From Candidatus Moranbacteria bacterium UBA1362 (GTDB taxonomy: Bacteria > Patescibacteriota > Minisyncoccia > Moranbacterales > GWC2-37-73): a DNA stretch of 64,000 bases. Below are positions 1 to 9,302 of the stretch, in pieces. Under the pieces are notes generated by a model. The model was given only the letters and a program-made list of their open reading frames with translations. It was not told the origin of the DNA and made no database searches. The position numbers and the translations under genes were made by a program. Within the stretch, counting starts at the first letter, position 1. Each line of letters starts with the position of its first letter. The stretch is taken from the NCBI GenBank assembly GCA_002306085.1, contig DBRS01000004.1:8133-72132 (forward strand), written 5' to 3'.

Positions 1-3
1 TCG

Positions 4-1797
4 ATGGTTGCGGTGTCTAAGGCGGGGGAGCGTCTTGTCGGGCTTTTGGCGAAAAGGCAATCGGTGACGAACCCGGGCAATACGCTTTTTTCGATCAAAA
101 GGCTGATAGGCCGCGCATACAATGATCGCGAAATACAGCGAGACGCGGAGTTGATGCCGTATAAGATTGTCAAATCTAACGGCGGAGTAAAAATAGCGAT
201 GGGAGACAGGGAGTATACTCCTCAGGAAATTTCAGCGATGATTTTGCAGAAACTTAAACAGGATGCGGAAGAAAAAATCGGTGAGAAAATCACAGAGGCC
301 GTGATCACTGTTCCTGCGTATTTTGACGATTCGCAAAGAAAAGCTACAAAGGAAGCCGGTGAAATTGCAGGATTTACTGTGAGGAGAATTATAAACGAAC
401 CTACTGCCGCGGCCCTTGCCTATGGTTTTGACAAAAAGAAAGATGAAAAGATTGCGGTATACGATCTCGGAGGCGGAACATTCGACATTTCTATTTTGGA
501 AGTTGGCGGAGACACTGTCGAAGTTAAATCAACGAATGGAGACACGCACCTTGGAGGAGACGACTTTGATCAAAGAATCATCGGATGGATAATTGAGGAA
601 TTCAAAAAGCAGGAAGGCATTGATCTTTCCAAGGATCCGCTTTCGCTTCAAAGGATCAAGGAGGCTGCGGAGAAAGCAAAGATTGAACTTTCAACCTCGA
701 TGGAAAGCGAAATTAACCAGCCGTTCATAACTTCTGACGCGACCGGTCCGAAACATCTTGTGATGAAAATCACCAGGGCCAAGCTCGAGGAATTGGTGGG
801 AGATCTTGTTGAGAAGACACTAGGACCTGTCAAAAAAGCATTGGAAGATGCCAAACTTTCCCCAAGCGATATCAATGAAATCGTTATGGTTGGAGGAATG
901 ACAAGGATGCCGCTGGTGCTTGCTACTGTTGAAAAATTTTTCGGAAAAAAACCGAATATATCGGTCAATCCTGATGAAGTTGTTGCGCTTGGCGCGGCGA
1001 TCCAGGGCGGCGTGCTCGAAGGAAGCGTGAAAGACGTTCTTCTTCTTGATGTCACCCCGCTTACGCTCGGAATCGAGACAATGGGAGGAATTTCCACCCC
1101 GCTCATTCCAAGAAATACGACTATTCCGACAAGCAAGAAACAGATTTTTTCTACAGCTGCCGACAATCAGCCGGGGGTTGAGATTCATGTGCTTCAGGGA
1201 GAAAGGGAACTTGCTTCAGGAAATAAGACTCTTGGAAAATTTTTGCTTGATGGAATTCCGCCGGCACCCAGAGGAGTTCCGCAGATCGAGGTTGAATTTG
1301 ACATTGACGCGAATGGAATCTTGAATGTTACCGCAAAAGACAAGGCTACCGGAAAATCACAATCCATCAAGATAGAAGCATCATCAGGTCTTTCGAAAGA
1401 AGAAATCGAAAAGATGAAGAAAGACGCCGAAATGCATGCCGAAGAAGATAAGCGCAAGAAAGAGCTTGTTGAGGCTCGCAATATTGCCGACACGCTGGTT
1501 TATACAACGCAAAAAGCTCTTCGAGAAGCGGGCGATAAAATTTCAGCCGAAGAAAAGAAGCCCGTGGAAGATGCGATTGCCGAACTTGACAAAGTGAAGA
1601 ACGGCGATGATCTCAATGAAATTAAAGCCAAGACAGAAGCTCTCTCGCAAGCCGCGCAAAAGATCGGAGAAAAGTTGTATAAAGCTGCTCAGGAAGCTCA
1701 AGGCACTCAGGCAGGCCAGCAGGAAGGCCAAAAACCTGAAGGCGATGTCAAAGAAGCGGAAGTTGACAAAGATAAAGACGAAAAAGAGAAAAAATAA
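4..1797 (+). CDS. dnaK: Molecular chaperone DnaK (Hsp70), 5'-truncated by the window edge
   Basis: Translation carries canonical Hsp70 motifs ([40 protein letters not shown]) and an acidic/Lys-rich C-terminal tail. The ORF runs in from the window start. Confidence 0.97.
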   Translation: MVAVSKAGERLVGLLAKRQSVTNPGNTLFSIKRLIGRAYNDREIQRDAELMPYKIVKSNGGVKIAMGDREYTPQEISAMILQKLKQDAEEKIGEKITEAVITVPAYFDDSQRKATKEAGEIAGFTVRRIINEPTAAALAYGFDKKKDEKIAVYDLGGGTFDISILEVGGDTVEVKSTNGDTHLGGDDFDQRIIGWIIEEFKKQEGIDLSKDPLSLQRIKEAAEKAKIELSTSMESEINQPFITSDATGPKHLVMKITRAKLEELVGDLVEKTLGPVKKALEDAKLSPSDINEIVMVGGMTRMPLVLATVEKFFGKKPNISVNPDEVVALGAAIQGGVLEGSVKDVLLLDVTPLTLGIETMGGISTPLIPRNTTIPTSKKQIFSTAADNQPGVEIHVLQGERELASGNKTLGKFLLDGIPPAPRGVPQIEVEFDIDANGILNVTAKDKATGKSQSIKIEASSGLSKEEIEKMKKDAEMHAEEDKRKKELVEARNIADTLVYTTQKALREAGDKISAEEKKPVEDAIAELDKVKNGDDLNEIKAKTEALSQAAQKIGEKLYKAAQEAQGTQAGQQEGQKPEGDVKEAEVDKDKDEKEKK

Positions 1798-1802
1798 TCT
1801 TC

Positions 1803-1830
1803 AAAGCCCCGATTCCATCGGGGCTTTTTC
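1803..1830 (+). terminator. Rho-independent terminator after dnaK
   Basis: aaagccccgat-tcc-atcggggcttttt: an 11-bp GC-rich stem followed by a T-run, 6 nt after the TAA. Confidence 0.8.
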
Positions 1831-2033
1831 AAGAATTTCCTCTGATTTATTTGTATTTTATTTAATTGTTTCAATTTATCTTATTACCATACTGGTATTA
1901 TGACATTTGTATGGTAATGTTATGAGTAAAAGGCAGCAGAGTAGGGGAATGAATTTTGGTTAATAATACGAATGGTCTGCATATGAGTTTTGCTGGTTGT
2001 TGATTGGTGCGTGCATAAATTTTAATAATTTGT

Positions 2034-2735
2034 ATGCTTAAATTTTTTGAAAAATTTTCCGAAGTTTTTGCGATAATGTCCGAAAAAACGGATGGTTCAA
2101 TGAAATTGCTCGATGGCGAAAAATGGGAAGAAAATCTGAAAAACAGAAACAAGTTTTTCAACAAGAACGAAATAAATCCGAATAAGGTTACCAGCGTGAG
2201 ACTCGTGCATGGAAGCAAAGTTTTGGCTGTTAAAAATGGTGCGGAAAAAATAGTTGAGGATGCGGATGGACTCGTCACGTCTGAAAGCAACATTTTTCTT
2301 GCGGTGACAGTTTCAGATTGCATTCCCGTGTATTTTTATGAAAAAGAAAAGAAAATTGTCGGCATTGCCCATGCCGGCTGGAGAGGAATTGTCGGAGGCA
2401 TTGTTGAAAATGCAATCGGCGAAATTCTGAAGCTCGGCGGAAAAGTTGAAAATATGTATATCGCTCTGGGACCGGGAATAAACAGTTGTCATTTTGAAAT
2501 AAAGAAAGATGTTTTGAATGAATTTCGCCGATATGACGCGCATGTGCTTCGGAGAGAGGAAAAAATATTTGTCGATCTAAAAGGAATAATCAGGGAACAG
2601 CTCTTATCTCGGGGAATAAAAGAAGGCAGCATTGAAGACAATAAAGCATGCACATATTGCTCGGAAAATTTTTTCTCTTTCCGCAGGGACAAAACGAACG
2701 AAACAATGGTTGCGGCAATAGGGCTTAAGAATTAG
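2034..2735 (+). CDS. pgeF: YfiH/PgeF family (DUF152) purine nucleoside phosphorylase / peptidoglycan editing factor
   Basis: Signature motifs TVSDCIPV, IAHAGWRG and C-terminal CTYCSENFFSFRRD. The start may be the internal ATG at 2076. Confidence 0.8.
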   Translation: MLKFFEKFSEVFAIMSEKTDGSMKLLDGEKWEENLKNRNKFFNKNEINPNKVTSVRLVHGSKVLAVKNGAEKIVEDADGLVTSESNIFLAVTVSDCIPVYFYEKEKKIVGIAHAGWRGIVGGIVENAIGEILKLGGKVENMYIALGPGINSCHFEIKKDVLNEFRRYDAHVLRREEKIFVDLKGIIREQLLSRGIKEGSIEDNKACTYCSENFFSFRRDKTNETMVAAIGLKN

Positions 2736-2880
2736 TTCTAAAGATGCATCACATTTTTCAAAAAGCAGCAACCGATGGCATTAATTATTAGTTTGTTGTA
2801 TACTGCAATTGATCACTTTTCCTCGATTTTTGAAATTTATTATGGCTTGAAAGTAAAAATAGACAAAGGGAGGTACAGCC

Positions 2881-3087
2881 GTGAGAGAGGTTTATATGGC
2901 GAAATATGCGGAAAAGGCTCTTTATCCGCCCAAAAGAAAGTCTTTTTGCTTTATAGAATTGTGTTTTGAAAAAGAAGTTACCATCGAAGAAGTGGAAGAA
3001 TTGGGAAAAGATCTTACTCCAAGAGGCTATATATTCATGGGTGTGACAAAAAAATTTCAAGTTCTTAGCGGAAAAGTGATGCGGTAA
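2881..3087 (+). CDS. Small hypothetical protein (about 63-68 aa)
   Basis: RBS aaagggagg 6 nt upstream of GTG 2881 (or ATG 2896). Followed by a hairpin at 3088-3125. No recognisable domain. Confidence 0.25.
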   Translation: MREVYMAKYAEKALYPPKRKSFCFIELCFEKEVTIEEVEELGKDLTPRGYIFMGVTKKFQVLSGKVMR

Positions 3088-3200
3088 ACGGGACAAGTCG
3101 GAAAAATACGGCTTTCCCGTTTTAATTTATTCAACAGAAAATTTGGATAAAACGGGGTATTGATGTATGATTGAACCATAATTATTTACCAAACAAGAAT

Positions 3201-3785
3201 ATGAAAAACAAATTGTTTGGTATTGTCATTTTGGGAGTCGGTATTGTTCTGGCCGGCTGCGGATCGCAGAAGCAGGAACAAAATCAAATGCCGGAACAGG
3301 AAAACACTCAGCAGCAAAGCTCCGTCATCAGTTCAATCAAGGACGCCATGGATCTCGGTAAAAAAATGAAATGCGAATATTCAGTGGATGAGAATGGCAA
3401 CGCTGTAAAAGCAGCTTCTTATGTTGAAGGTAAAAAATTCAAATCAACCATATCATACGGCGGTGCCGTTAATAACACGTTTTTTGACGGAGAAACAACT
3501 TACATATGGACGGAAGGGCAAACAACGGGCATGAAAATGACCGAAAGCTGCATCAAAAAATTCGGCGAATCTTTACCGCAGGGGCAAGAAAATGTAAGCG
3601 GGCAGATGGTTAGGGAGCCTGAAGAACATTTCAATAATGCCGTTGACGTCAAATGCGTGCAAGCTTCGGACAGCGTAGATTTTTCAGCTCCGTCAGATGT
3701 AACATTCAGCGATCAGTGTGAAATGCTGGAAAAATCTGCAGAAATAATGAAAAACATCAATATTCCGGGAAATCTTCCGCAATAA
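3201..3785 (+). CDS. Hypothetical lipoprotein
   Basis: N-terminus MKNKLFGIVILGVGIVLAGCGSQ is a signal peptide with lipobox LAGC. ATG 3201 preferred over the 3171 ORF-track start. Confidence 0.6.
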   Translation: MKNKLFGIVILGVGIVLAGCGSQKQEQNQMPEQENTQQQSSVISSIKDAMDLGKKMKCEYSVDENGNAVKAASYVEGKKFKSTISYGGAVNNTFFDGETTYIWTEGQTTGMKMTESCIKKFGESLPQGQENVSGQMVREPEEHFNNAVDVKCVQASDSVDFSAPSDVTFSDQCEMLEKSAEIMKNINIPGNLPQ

Positions 3786-3860
3786 CGCATGGTTTGCCTA
3801 AGAACTCCGCGGTCGCGGAATTCTTTTGTTTCGCAAAATTTAACTTCAATCCGAAAATAG

Positions 3861-4922
3861 ATGAAAAAAGAAAAGATTATTCGTTATTGTCCGCATTTTT
3901 TTATTTTGTTTGCAGGCTTTTTTTCGTGGATGTCGATTCAAAGGGCGGTTATGGTTCCCGGCTCGAGCATATGGTTTGTTCCCATCGCCGTCTTTTTCTT
4001 GTATATCATCTCTTTTTGTCTTGCGGCGATTCTCGTAAAGAGAACGGCCGAGGTTGAGATAGCTGCCGCGATCTCGCTTTTCGGGAGCCTGATTTTTGCA
4101 CATTCGTTTTGGCATTTCGCGGTAGTCTTAATTTGTGCGGTTTTGCTGCTGAGTGGTATAAGAAGCATAAGAAAAGATCTCGAACTTAATGTAAAGATCG
4201 ATATTTGGAAGTCATTGAGCACGGGAAAATCGAAAATTATCCTGGCTCTTGCAATAATGATTTCAAGTCAGTATCTGTTCATGGTCAAAGGTTCGGAATT
4301 GGAAAGGGCGGCGGTGAAACTTGATCTGAAGCCCGCGACATCGGAAATAATCGGACCAATCTTCGGATATTTCAATCCGAACTTTAAGAAGATTCAAGAA
4401 GATGGAATGACAGTTGACGAGTTTATAATTGAATCGCAGAAACAAAATATGGCGCGTGTTTTGGAAAATGGAGAGAGTCTTATGGATGAAGAAGCATTGC
4501 GCGATCTTCCGGAAGAACAAAGAGAAGAATTTAAACGGGAGATGCTCAGGCAAATAGCCGAGGAGGCGGAAAAGGCGCGCAAGGAAAACCTTGAAATTAT
4601 TCTTGAGAATGGGCGCGAGGAACTTTCGCAAATGGTGGGTCGCGAAGTTGCTGAAGATGAAGAAATTGCGGACATTTTCGTTGGGTTTGTCAATGAAAAA
4701 ATAAATGATTTTTTTCAGCCGAAAGTTGGAAGCGATTCACATTCTTCGCTATTTGTGTATATCATGGCACTCTTGCTGTTTCTGACAATTCTTCCCCTGG
4801 GTTCAATTCTTATGGTCTTTTGCTTCACGGTTGCGGTTTTGGTTTTCAGATTGCTTCTGCGTTTCCAAGTGATTGGCATAGGAAAAGTTGCGGTTGAAAG
4901 GGAAGTGATAGTGAGCAAATAA
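3861..4922 (+). CDS. Hypothetical polytopic membrane protein with a central acidic coiled-coil segment
   Basis: Several hydrophobic helices at the N- and C-termini. Central EE/RE-rich region (EEALRDLPEEQREEFKREMLRQIAEEAEKARKEN). Confidence 0.5.
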   Translation: MKKEKIIRYCPHFFILFAGFFSWMSIQRAVMVPGSSIWFVPIAVFFLYIISFCLAAILVKRTAEVEIAAAISLFGSLIFAHSFWHFAVVLICAVLLLSGIRSIRKDLELNVKIDIWKSLSTGKSKIILALAIMISSQYLFMVKGSELERAAVKLDLKPATSEIIGPIFGYFNPNFKKIQEDGMTVDEFIIESQKQNMARVLENGESLMDEEALRDLPEEQREEFKREMLRQIAEEAEKARKENLEIILENGREELSQMVGREVAEDEEIADIFVGFVNEKINDFFQPKVGSDSHSSLFVYIMALLLFLTILPLGSILMVFCFTVAVLVFRLLLRFQVIGIGKVAVEREVIVSK

Positions 4923-4973
4923 TCGGTTGTTTGCGGCCTGATATCGTCCGTGACGCGTCGCTACGGGCGCGAG

Positions 4974-5000
4974 TTAGCACTCACCCTTGGGGATTGCTAA
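4974..5000 (+). promoter_or_regulatory. CIRCE element (HrcA operator) upstream of dnaJ
   Basis: TTAGCACTC-acccttggg-GATTGCTAA versus consensus TTAGCACTC-N9-GAGTGCTAA: one mismatch, exact 9-nt spacer. Confidence 0.8.
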
Positions 5001-5160
5001 TTTTTTTATTTTGTTGTAGTATGTTAACGAGAAGTAACTGATGCGGAGATTGCGTGAGAGAAGCTGGATTATTTATCTTTCAGCTGTCCGTTCCGATGGA
5101 TATAAGTCTGAAAAATAAATAATCCAGCTTCTTGGATGTTTAGGTAAAACATAAAACAAT

Positions 5161-6276
5161 ATGAGCAAAGACTACTATGAAATTTTGGGTGTAAGCAGAA
5201 ACGCTTCCGATGATGAGATAAAAAAGGCTTATCGCAAGCTTGCCCACAAATATCATCCTGACAAACAAGGCGGAGACGCCACTAAATTTAAGGAAATCAA
5301 CGAGGCCTACCAGACGCTTTCAGATAAAACCAAGCGCCAGCAGTACGACCAATTCGGCAGAACTTTTGAACAGGCGGGCGGCGCCGGCGGTTTTGGCGGA
5401 TTCGGCGGTTTTGAAGGCTTCGATTTTGGTGGTTTTTCTGCCGGAGGCGGGCCATCTTTTGGCGGAAATTTCGGAGGAGGTTTTGAAGATATTTTTTCCG
5501 ACATGTTCGGAGAGGCTTTTGGCGGTGGCAGAAGGCGCGGAACGTCGAGAGCCGGAAACAATATTCAGATAGATGTGGAAATAAGCTTTGAGGAAATGGT
5601 GAATGGCACGCATCGCAACGTGAAACTTCGCAGATATGTGACGTGCGACGTTTGCCGCGGAAGCGGAGGAGAGCCTGGTTCAAAAGAAGAAACGTGCCCG
5701 ACTTGCCAAGGAAGCGGCCAGATCAGGAAGACCGTGCGCAGTTTCTTCGGATCGTTCGCGCAAGTTTCCACGTGTCCGACATGCGAAGGCAGAGGAAAGA
5801 TATTTTCCAAAAAATGCCACAAATGCAAGGGAGAAGGACGCGTGAGAGAAGGTGAGGAAATAAGAATAGACATTCCGGCCGGAATTTTGGACGGGCAGAC
5901 GATATCGCTTCAGGGATATGGTGAAGCCGGAGAAAAAGGCGCGGCAAGCGGCGATCTCTACGTGAATATTCATGTCAAACCGCATAAGAAATTTAAAAGA
6001 GAGGGCAATGACGTACTTTCAACAGAACACATTTCATTTTCGCAGGCTGTTCTTGGCGACAAGGTTGTTGTTGAAACTATTAGCGGACCAATTAAAATGA
6101 AAATTCCGGCAGGCACGCAATCGCATGATAAATTCAGAATAAAAGGCGAAGGAGTTCCGCATATCGGGCGAAGAGGCGCAAGGGGAGATCAAATTGTGAC
6201 GGTTATTGTCGATATTCCGAAAAGTCCGACCAGGCAGCAGAAGAAACTTATTGAAGAATTGAGAAAACTTGACTAA
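5161..6276 (+). CDS. dnaJ: Molecular chaperone DnaJ (Hsp40)
   Basis: J-domain (DYYEILGV...[15 protein letters not shown]), Gly/Phe-rich linker, and four CxxCxGxG zinc-finger repeats ([32 protein letters not shown]). Confidence 0.96.
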   Translation: MSKDYYEILGVSRNASDDEIKKAYRKLAHKYHPDKQGGDATKFKEINEAYQTLSDKTKRQQYDQFGRTFEQAGGAGGFGGFGGFEGFDFGGFSAGGGPSFGGNFGGGFEDIFSDMFGEAFGGGRRRGTSRAGNNIQIDVEISFEEMVNGTHRNVKLRRYVTCDVCRGSGGEPGSKEETCPTCQGSGQIRKTVRSFFGSFAQVSTCPTCEGRGKIFSKKCHKCKGEGRVREGEEIRIDIPAGILDGQTISLQGYGEAGEKGAASGDLYVNIHVKPHKKFKREGNDVLSTEHISFSQAVLGDKVVVETISGPIKMKIPAGTQSHDKFRIKGEGVPHIGRRGARGDQIVTVIVDIPKSPTRQQKKLIEELRKLD

Positions 6277-6296
6277 ATCAATAAAAAGTGCTATAA
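6268..6296 (+). promoter_or_regulatory. Sigma70-type promoter (TTGACT-N17-TGcTATAAT) overlapping the dnaJ stop and terminator hairpin
   Basis: ttgact at 6268-6273, 17-nt spacer, extended -10 tgc-tataat at 6288-6296. Downstream hairpin gtgctata..tatagcgc plus T-run. Confidence 0.5.
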
Positions 6297-6466
6297 TTAA
6301 AGGATATAGCGCTTTTTTAATATAAGTCATGACATCAGAAAACAGTCCAGGAGAGCAGTGAAAAATCTAAAAGCTCAGGTAATGCTTCTTTGTTTTACGT
6401 AATATTCAAAAAGTAATATAATGTAAGTGCGCAATTTATCTTTTACCAAAATATAAAAAATATAAA

Positions 6467-8536
6467 ATGAAAAAAAACAGCCTTAAATCTCTTTTTAATC
6501 CCGCTTCGATCGCGATTGTCGGCGCATCGGGCAAAAAAGGAAAGATCGGGAACATAATCATGGAGAACATCATGAAGCTCGGATATGGTGGAGATGTTTT
6601 TTTGGTCAATCCTTCCTGCAAATTCATAAAATTCAAACGTTGCCATCCTTCGCTTGGTTCGATCGGAAAAAAAGTTGATCTGGCGATAATTTGCGTGCCG
6701 GCAAAATTTGTTATCGACGTCGTAAAGAACGGAGCCAAAAATGCCAAAAATTTCGTGATTATATCGGCAGGTTTTTCGGAAACGGGAAAAGAGGGAGCAA
6801 AAAGAGAAAAAGAATTGCTTGCCATTGCCAAGAAAAACAACATCAACATCCTTGGTCCGAATTGCCTTGGTTTCATTGTTCCAAAAATTGGACTCAATGC
6901 GTCCTTTGCCGCGGGAATGCCCGATGCTGGGAACATAGCGTTTGTTTCTCAGTCGGGAGCGCTTGCTGTGGGGTTTATGGATAAGGCCAAAGAGGAGCAC
7001 CTTGGATTTTCAAGTGTAATTTCAATCGGAAACAAGATGCAACTCGGGGAAAGCGAGCTTTTGGAATATCTTGCCGAAGACAGAGAAACGAAAGTGATCG
7101 GCATGTATCTTGAAGGCATTAAAGACGGGAAAAATTTTTCCGAAATTGCCAAAAAAGTTTCCGCAAAAAAACCGATTGTAATTTTGAAAGCCGGCAAAAC
7201 CGCAAAAGCGCAGCAGGCAATTTCCTCGCATACGGGAGCGCTTGCGGGAAGCGATGAAATCACAAGCGCCGTTTTTGAAAAAATAGGCATCATGCGAGCC
7301 GATAATCTGGATGAGTTTTTTGATTTGCTTCAGCTTATTTCTTTTACCGACGCGCCGAAAAGCAAAAATGTCGCCGTAGTTACCAACGCGGGCGGCGCCG
7401 GAGTTCTTGCTACTGACTCTTTCAAGGGCAAAGAAATAGAGCTTGCGGAGTTTGTGAAAAATGAAAAGGAAAATCTTAGAAGAAATCTTCCTGCAGAAGC
7501 ATCGGTTGAAAATCCTGTAGATCTTCTCGGTGATGCCGAAGAAATCCGCTATCAAAAAACATTGGAAATTCTCAATAATGAAAAAATGGGATGCATATTG
7601 TGTCTTCTTACTCCGCAGCAGCAGACTCCAGTCGAGAAAATTTCAGAAATACTCAAATGTGAAAAGGCAAAAAACAAAGCGCTCATTGCAGCTGTTTTTG
7701 TGGGGGGAGAGAGGGTTGAAGATTCGATTGCCGACCTTAAGAAAAATAATGTTCCGTGCTTTTCCGATCCGCAAAGCGCTGTCGATGCAATTGATAAATA
7801 TTACAAGTGGAACGTTGCCGAAAAGAGTGCTCCTAAAAAACTTGCTGAAAAAAATTCTCTTGAGCGCAAAAAGCAATCGAATGAAATTATTTCAAAAGCT
7901 CTTGCGGATGGAAGAAAAGCTTTGTTTTTTCCGGAAGCTTCCGAAGTGATGGAAAAGTTCGGAGTAAAATGCGTTGAATCTTACGGAATAAAACCTGGTG
8001 ATGGCGTGCCTGAGATAAAAAATTATCCCGTGGTTCTCAAGGTGGACAGCGATAAGGTTTTGCACAAGTCCGATAAACAGGCGCTGATTTTGGACATAAA
8101 AAACAAGGAGGCTCTTGAATTGGAGCTGAAAAAGCTTAGAAAAAATTTTCCCGATGAGCATTTCGTGGTGCAGCCGATGATGGAAAGAAAAACGGAAATA
8201 ATTTTAGGCATCAAAAAGGACGCGATTTTCGGTCCGGTTGTTGTCTATGGATTGGGAGGAATATATACAGAAGTCTTTAAGATGGTGGATTTCTTGGTTC
8301 TGCCGGCAGATTTTGACGAGATTAAAAAGAATGTCATGAAAGGGAAACTGCGCTTTTTGTTTGAAGGCGCAAGAGGCCAGGCTTCGTACAATATCGAGGA
8401 GTTTGCAAGGATTCTCAAGGGAGTTGCTGATTTTGCCAGAAAAAACGACAAAGTTAGAGAGTTTGATGTGAATCCGCTTTTTATCTATAATGACGGAAGA
8501 GAGGCTCTGGCGGCGGACGTAAAAATAATTCTTTAA
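6467..8536 (+). CDS. Acetyl-CoA synthetase (ADP-forming) / acetate--CoA ligase, fused alpha-beta (CoA-binding + ATP-grasp)
   Basis: N-terminal CoA-binding Rossmann region (SIAIVGASGKKGKIG) and succinyl-CoA-synthetase-like domain. 689 aa, consistent with ADP-forming ACS (NDP-forming acyl-CoA synthetase family). Confidence 0.75.
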   Translation: MKKNSLKSLFNPASIAIVGASGKKGKIGNIIMENIMKLGYGGDVFLVNPSCKFIKFKRCHPSLGSIGKKVDLAIICVPAKFVIDVVKNGAKNAKNFVIISAGFSETGKEGAKREKELLAIAKKNNINILGPNCLGFIVPKIGLNASFAAGMPDAGNIAFVSQSGALAVGFMDKAKEEHLGFSSVISIGNKMQLGESELLEYLAEDRETKVIGMYLEGIKDGKNFSEIAKKVSAKKPIVILKAGKTAKAQQAISSHTGALAGSDEITSAVFEKIGIMRADNLDEFFDLLQLISFTDAPKSKNVAVVTNAGGAGVLATDSFKGKEIELAEFVKNEKENLRRNLPAEASVENPVDLLGDAEEIRYQKTLEILNNEKMGCILCLLTPQQQTPVEKISEILKCEKAKNKALIAAVFVGGERVEDSIADLKKNNVPCFSDPQSAVDAIDKYYKWNVAEKSAPKKLAEKNSLERKKQSNEIISKALADGRKALFFPEASEVMEKFGVKCVESYGIKPGDGVPEIKNYPVVLKVDSDKVLHKSDKQALILDIKNKEALELELKKLRKNFPDEHFVVQPMMERKTEIILGIKKDAIFGPVVVYGLGGIYTEVFKMVDFLVLPADFDEIKKNVMKGKLRFLFEGARGQASYNIEEFARILKGVADFARKNDKVREFDVNPLFIYNDGREALAADVKIIL

Positions 8537-8605
8537 GCGTCAATTGCCCTGATGAGCTTGCTGATTTTTTAATAAGCTAAAAGATGCCGCAAGGTTCGTA
8601 TTTTT

Positions 8606-9181
8606 ATGGACAAAAAAACAAAAATTTTGCTTGTTGACGACGATGTGAATTTGCGCCAAATGTACGCAGAGATATTTAAGAATTCAGGCTTTGAAGTTGT
8701 TGAGGCCGGTGACGGAGTTGAAGGACTCGACAAAGCTTCCAAAGAAGCTCCGGATGTAATTTTTACCGGAATAATTATGCCGCGCATGGATGGTTTTACC
8801 ATGATGGAGGCGCTCAAAAAAACCGTGATGACGGCAAGCATTCCGGTGGTAATTTCTTCGCACATGGGCCGAGAAGAAGATCAGCAAAAGGCCAACGCTC
8901 TGGGTGCGAAAGATTTCATAGTCCGTGACATAACGCGTCCGATTGAAACTGTGGAAAGAATCAGGGCTTTGTTTATCCAAGAAGGAGGAGAATATAAACT
9001 TGAGTTTAGTGCTGACAGAATGGATGCTCCGAAACTTGCAAAAGACTTGAGTTTTAATCCGACTTTCAACTGTCTGGATTGCGGAACAACCATTTCTCTT
9101 AATCTGAAATTGATAAATAAAAAGGATCGTATTTTTGAAGCAAAATTTGTTTGTCCTAAATGCGGATGGGAAGCTAAATGA
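8606..9181 (+). CDS. Atypical response-regulator receiver (phospho-acceptor Asp replaced by Gly) fused to a C-terminal zinc ribbon
   Basis: REC fold (KILLVDDD...; PDVIFTGIIMPRMDG aligns to DLVLLDxxMPxMDG with D->G at the acceptor). C-terminal CLDCG...CPKCG zinc ribbon. Confidence 0.7.
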   Translation: MDKKTKILLVDDDVNLRQMYAEIFKNSGFEVVEAGDGVEGLDKASKEAPDVIFTGIIMPRMDGFTMMEALKKTVMTASIPVVISSHMGREEDQQKANALGAKDFIVRDITRPIETVERIRALFIQEGGEYKLEFSADRMDAPKLAKDLSFNPTFNCLDCGTTISLNLKLINKKDRIFEAKFVCPKCGWEAK

Positions 9182-9302
9182 TGTATATAGTGTTTGGTAT
9201 ATAGTGTTTTGTATAAAATTTCACAGGGCATTGGAATTTGCTATTTTCCGTTTTTTATTTTTTGAACCGTATATACAAGATGCTAGGTACCGTTACAAAT
9301 TT

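Noticed and set aside
648-1731. Several antisense and alternative-frame ORFs (60-170 aa) inside dnaK
   Set aside because: They lie entirely within a strongly supported Hsp70 reading frame and have no RBS or motifs. They are typical shadow ORFs.
5240-5985. A pile of overlapping ORFs on both strands inside dnaJ
   Set aside because: They are caused by the GC-rich Gly/Phe and Cys-repeat coding sequence. The dnaJ frame has clear J-domain and zinc-finger motifs, so the others are spurious.
9135-9302. N-terminal 56 codons of the long recJ ORF, overlapping the response-regulator gene
   Set aside because: These codons have no similarity to RecJ and overlap the upstream gene's Zn-ribbon. The start was moved to ATG 9303.
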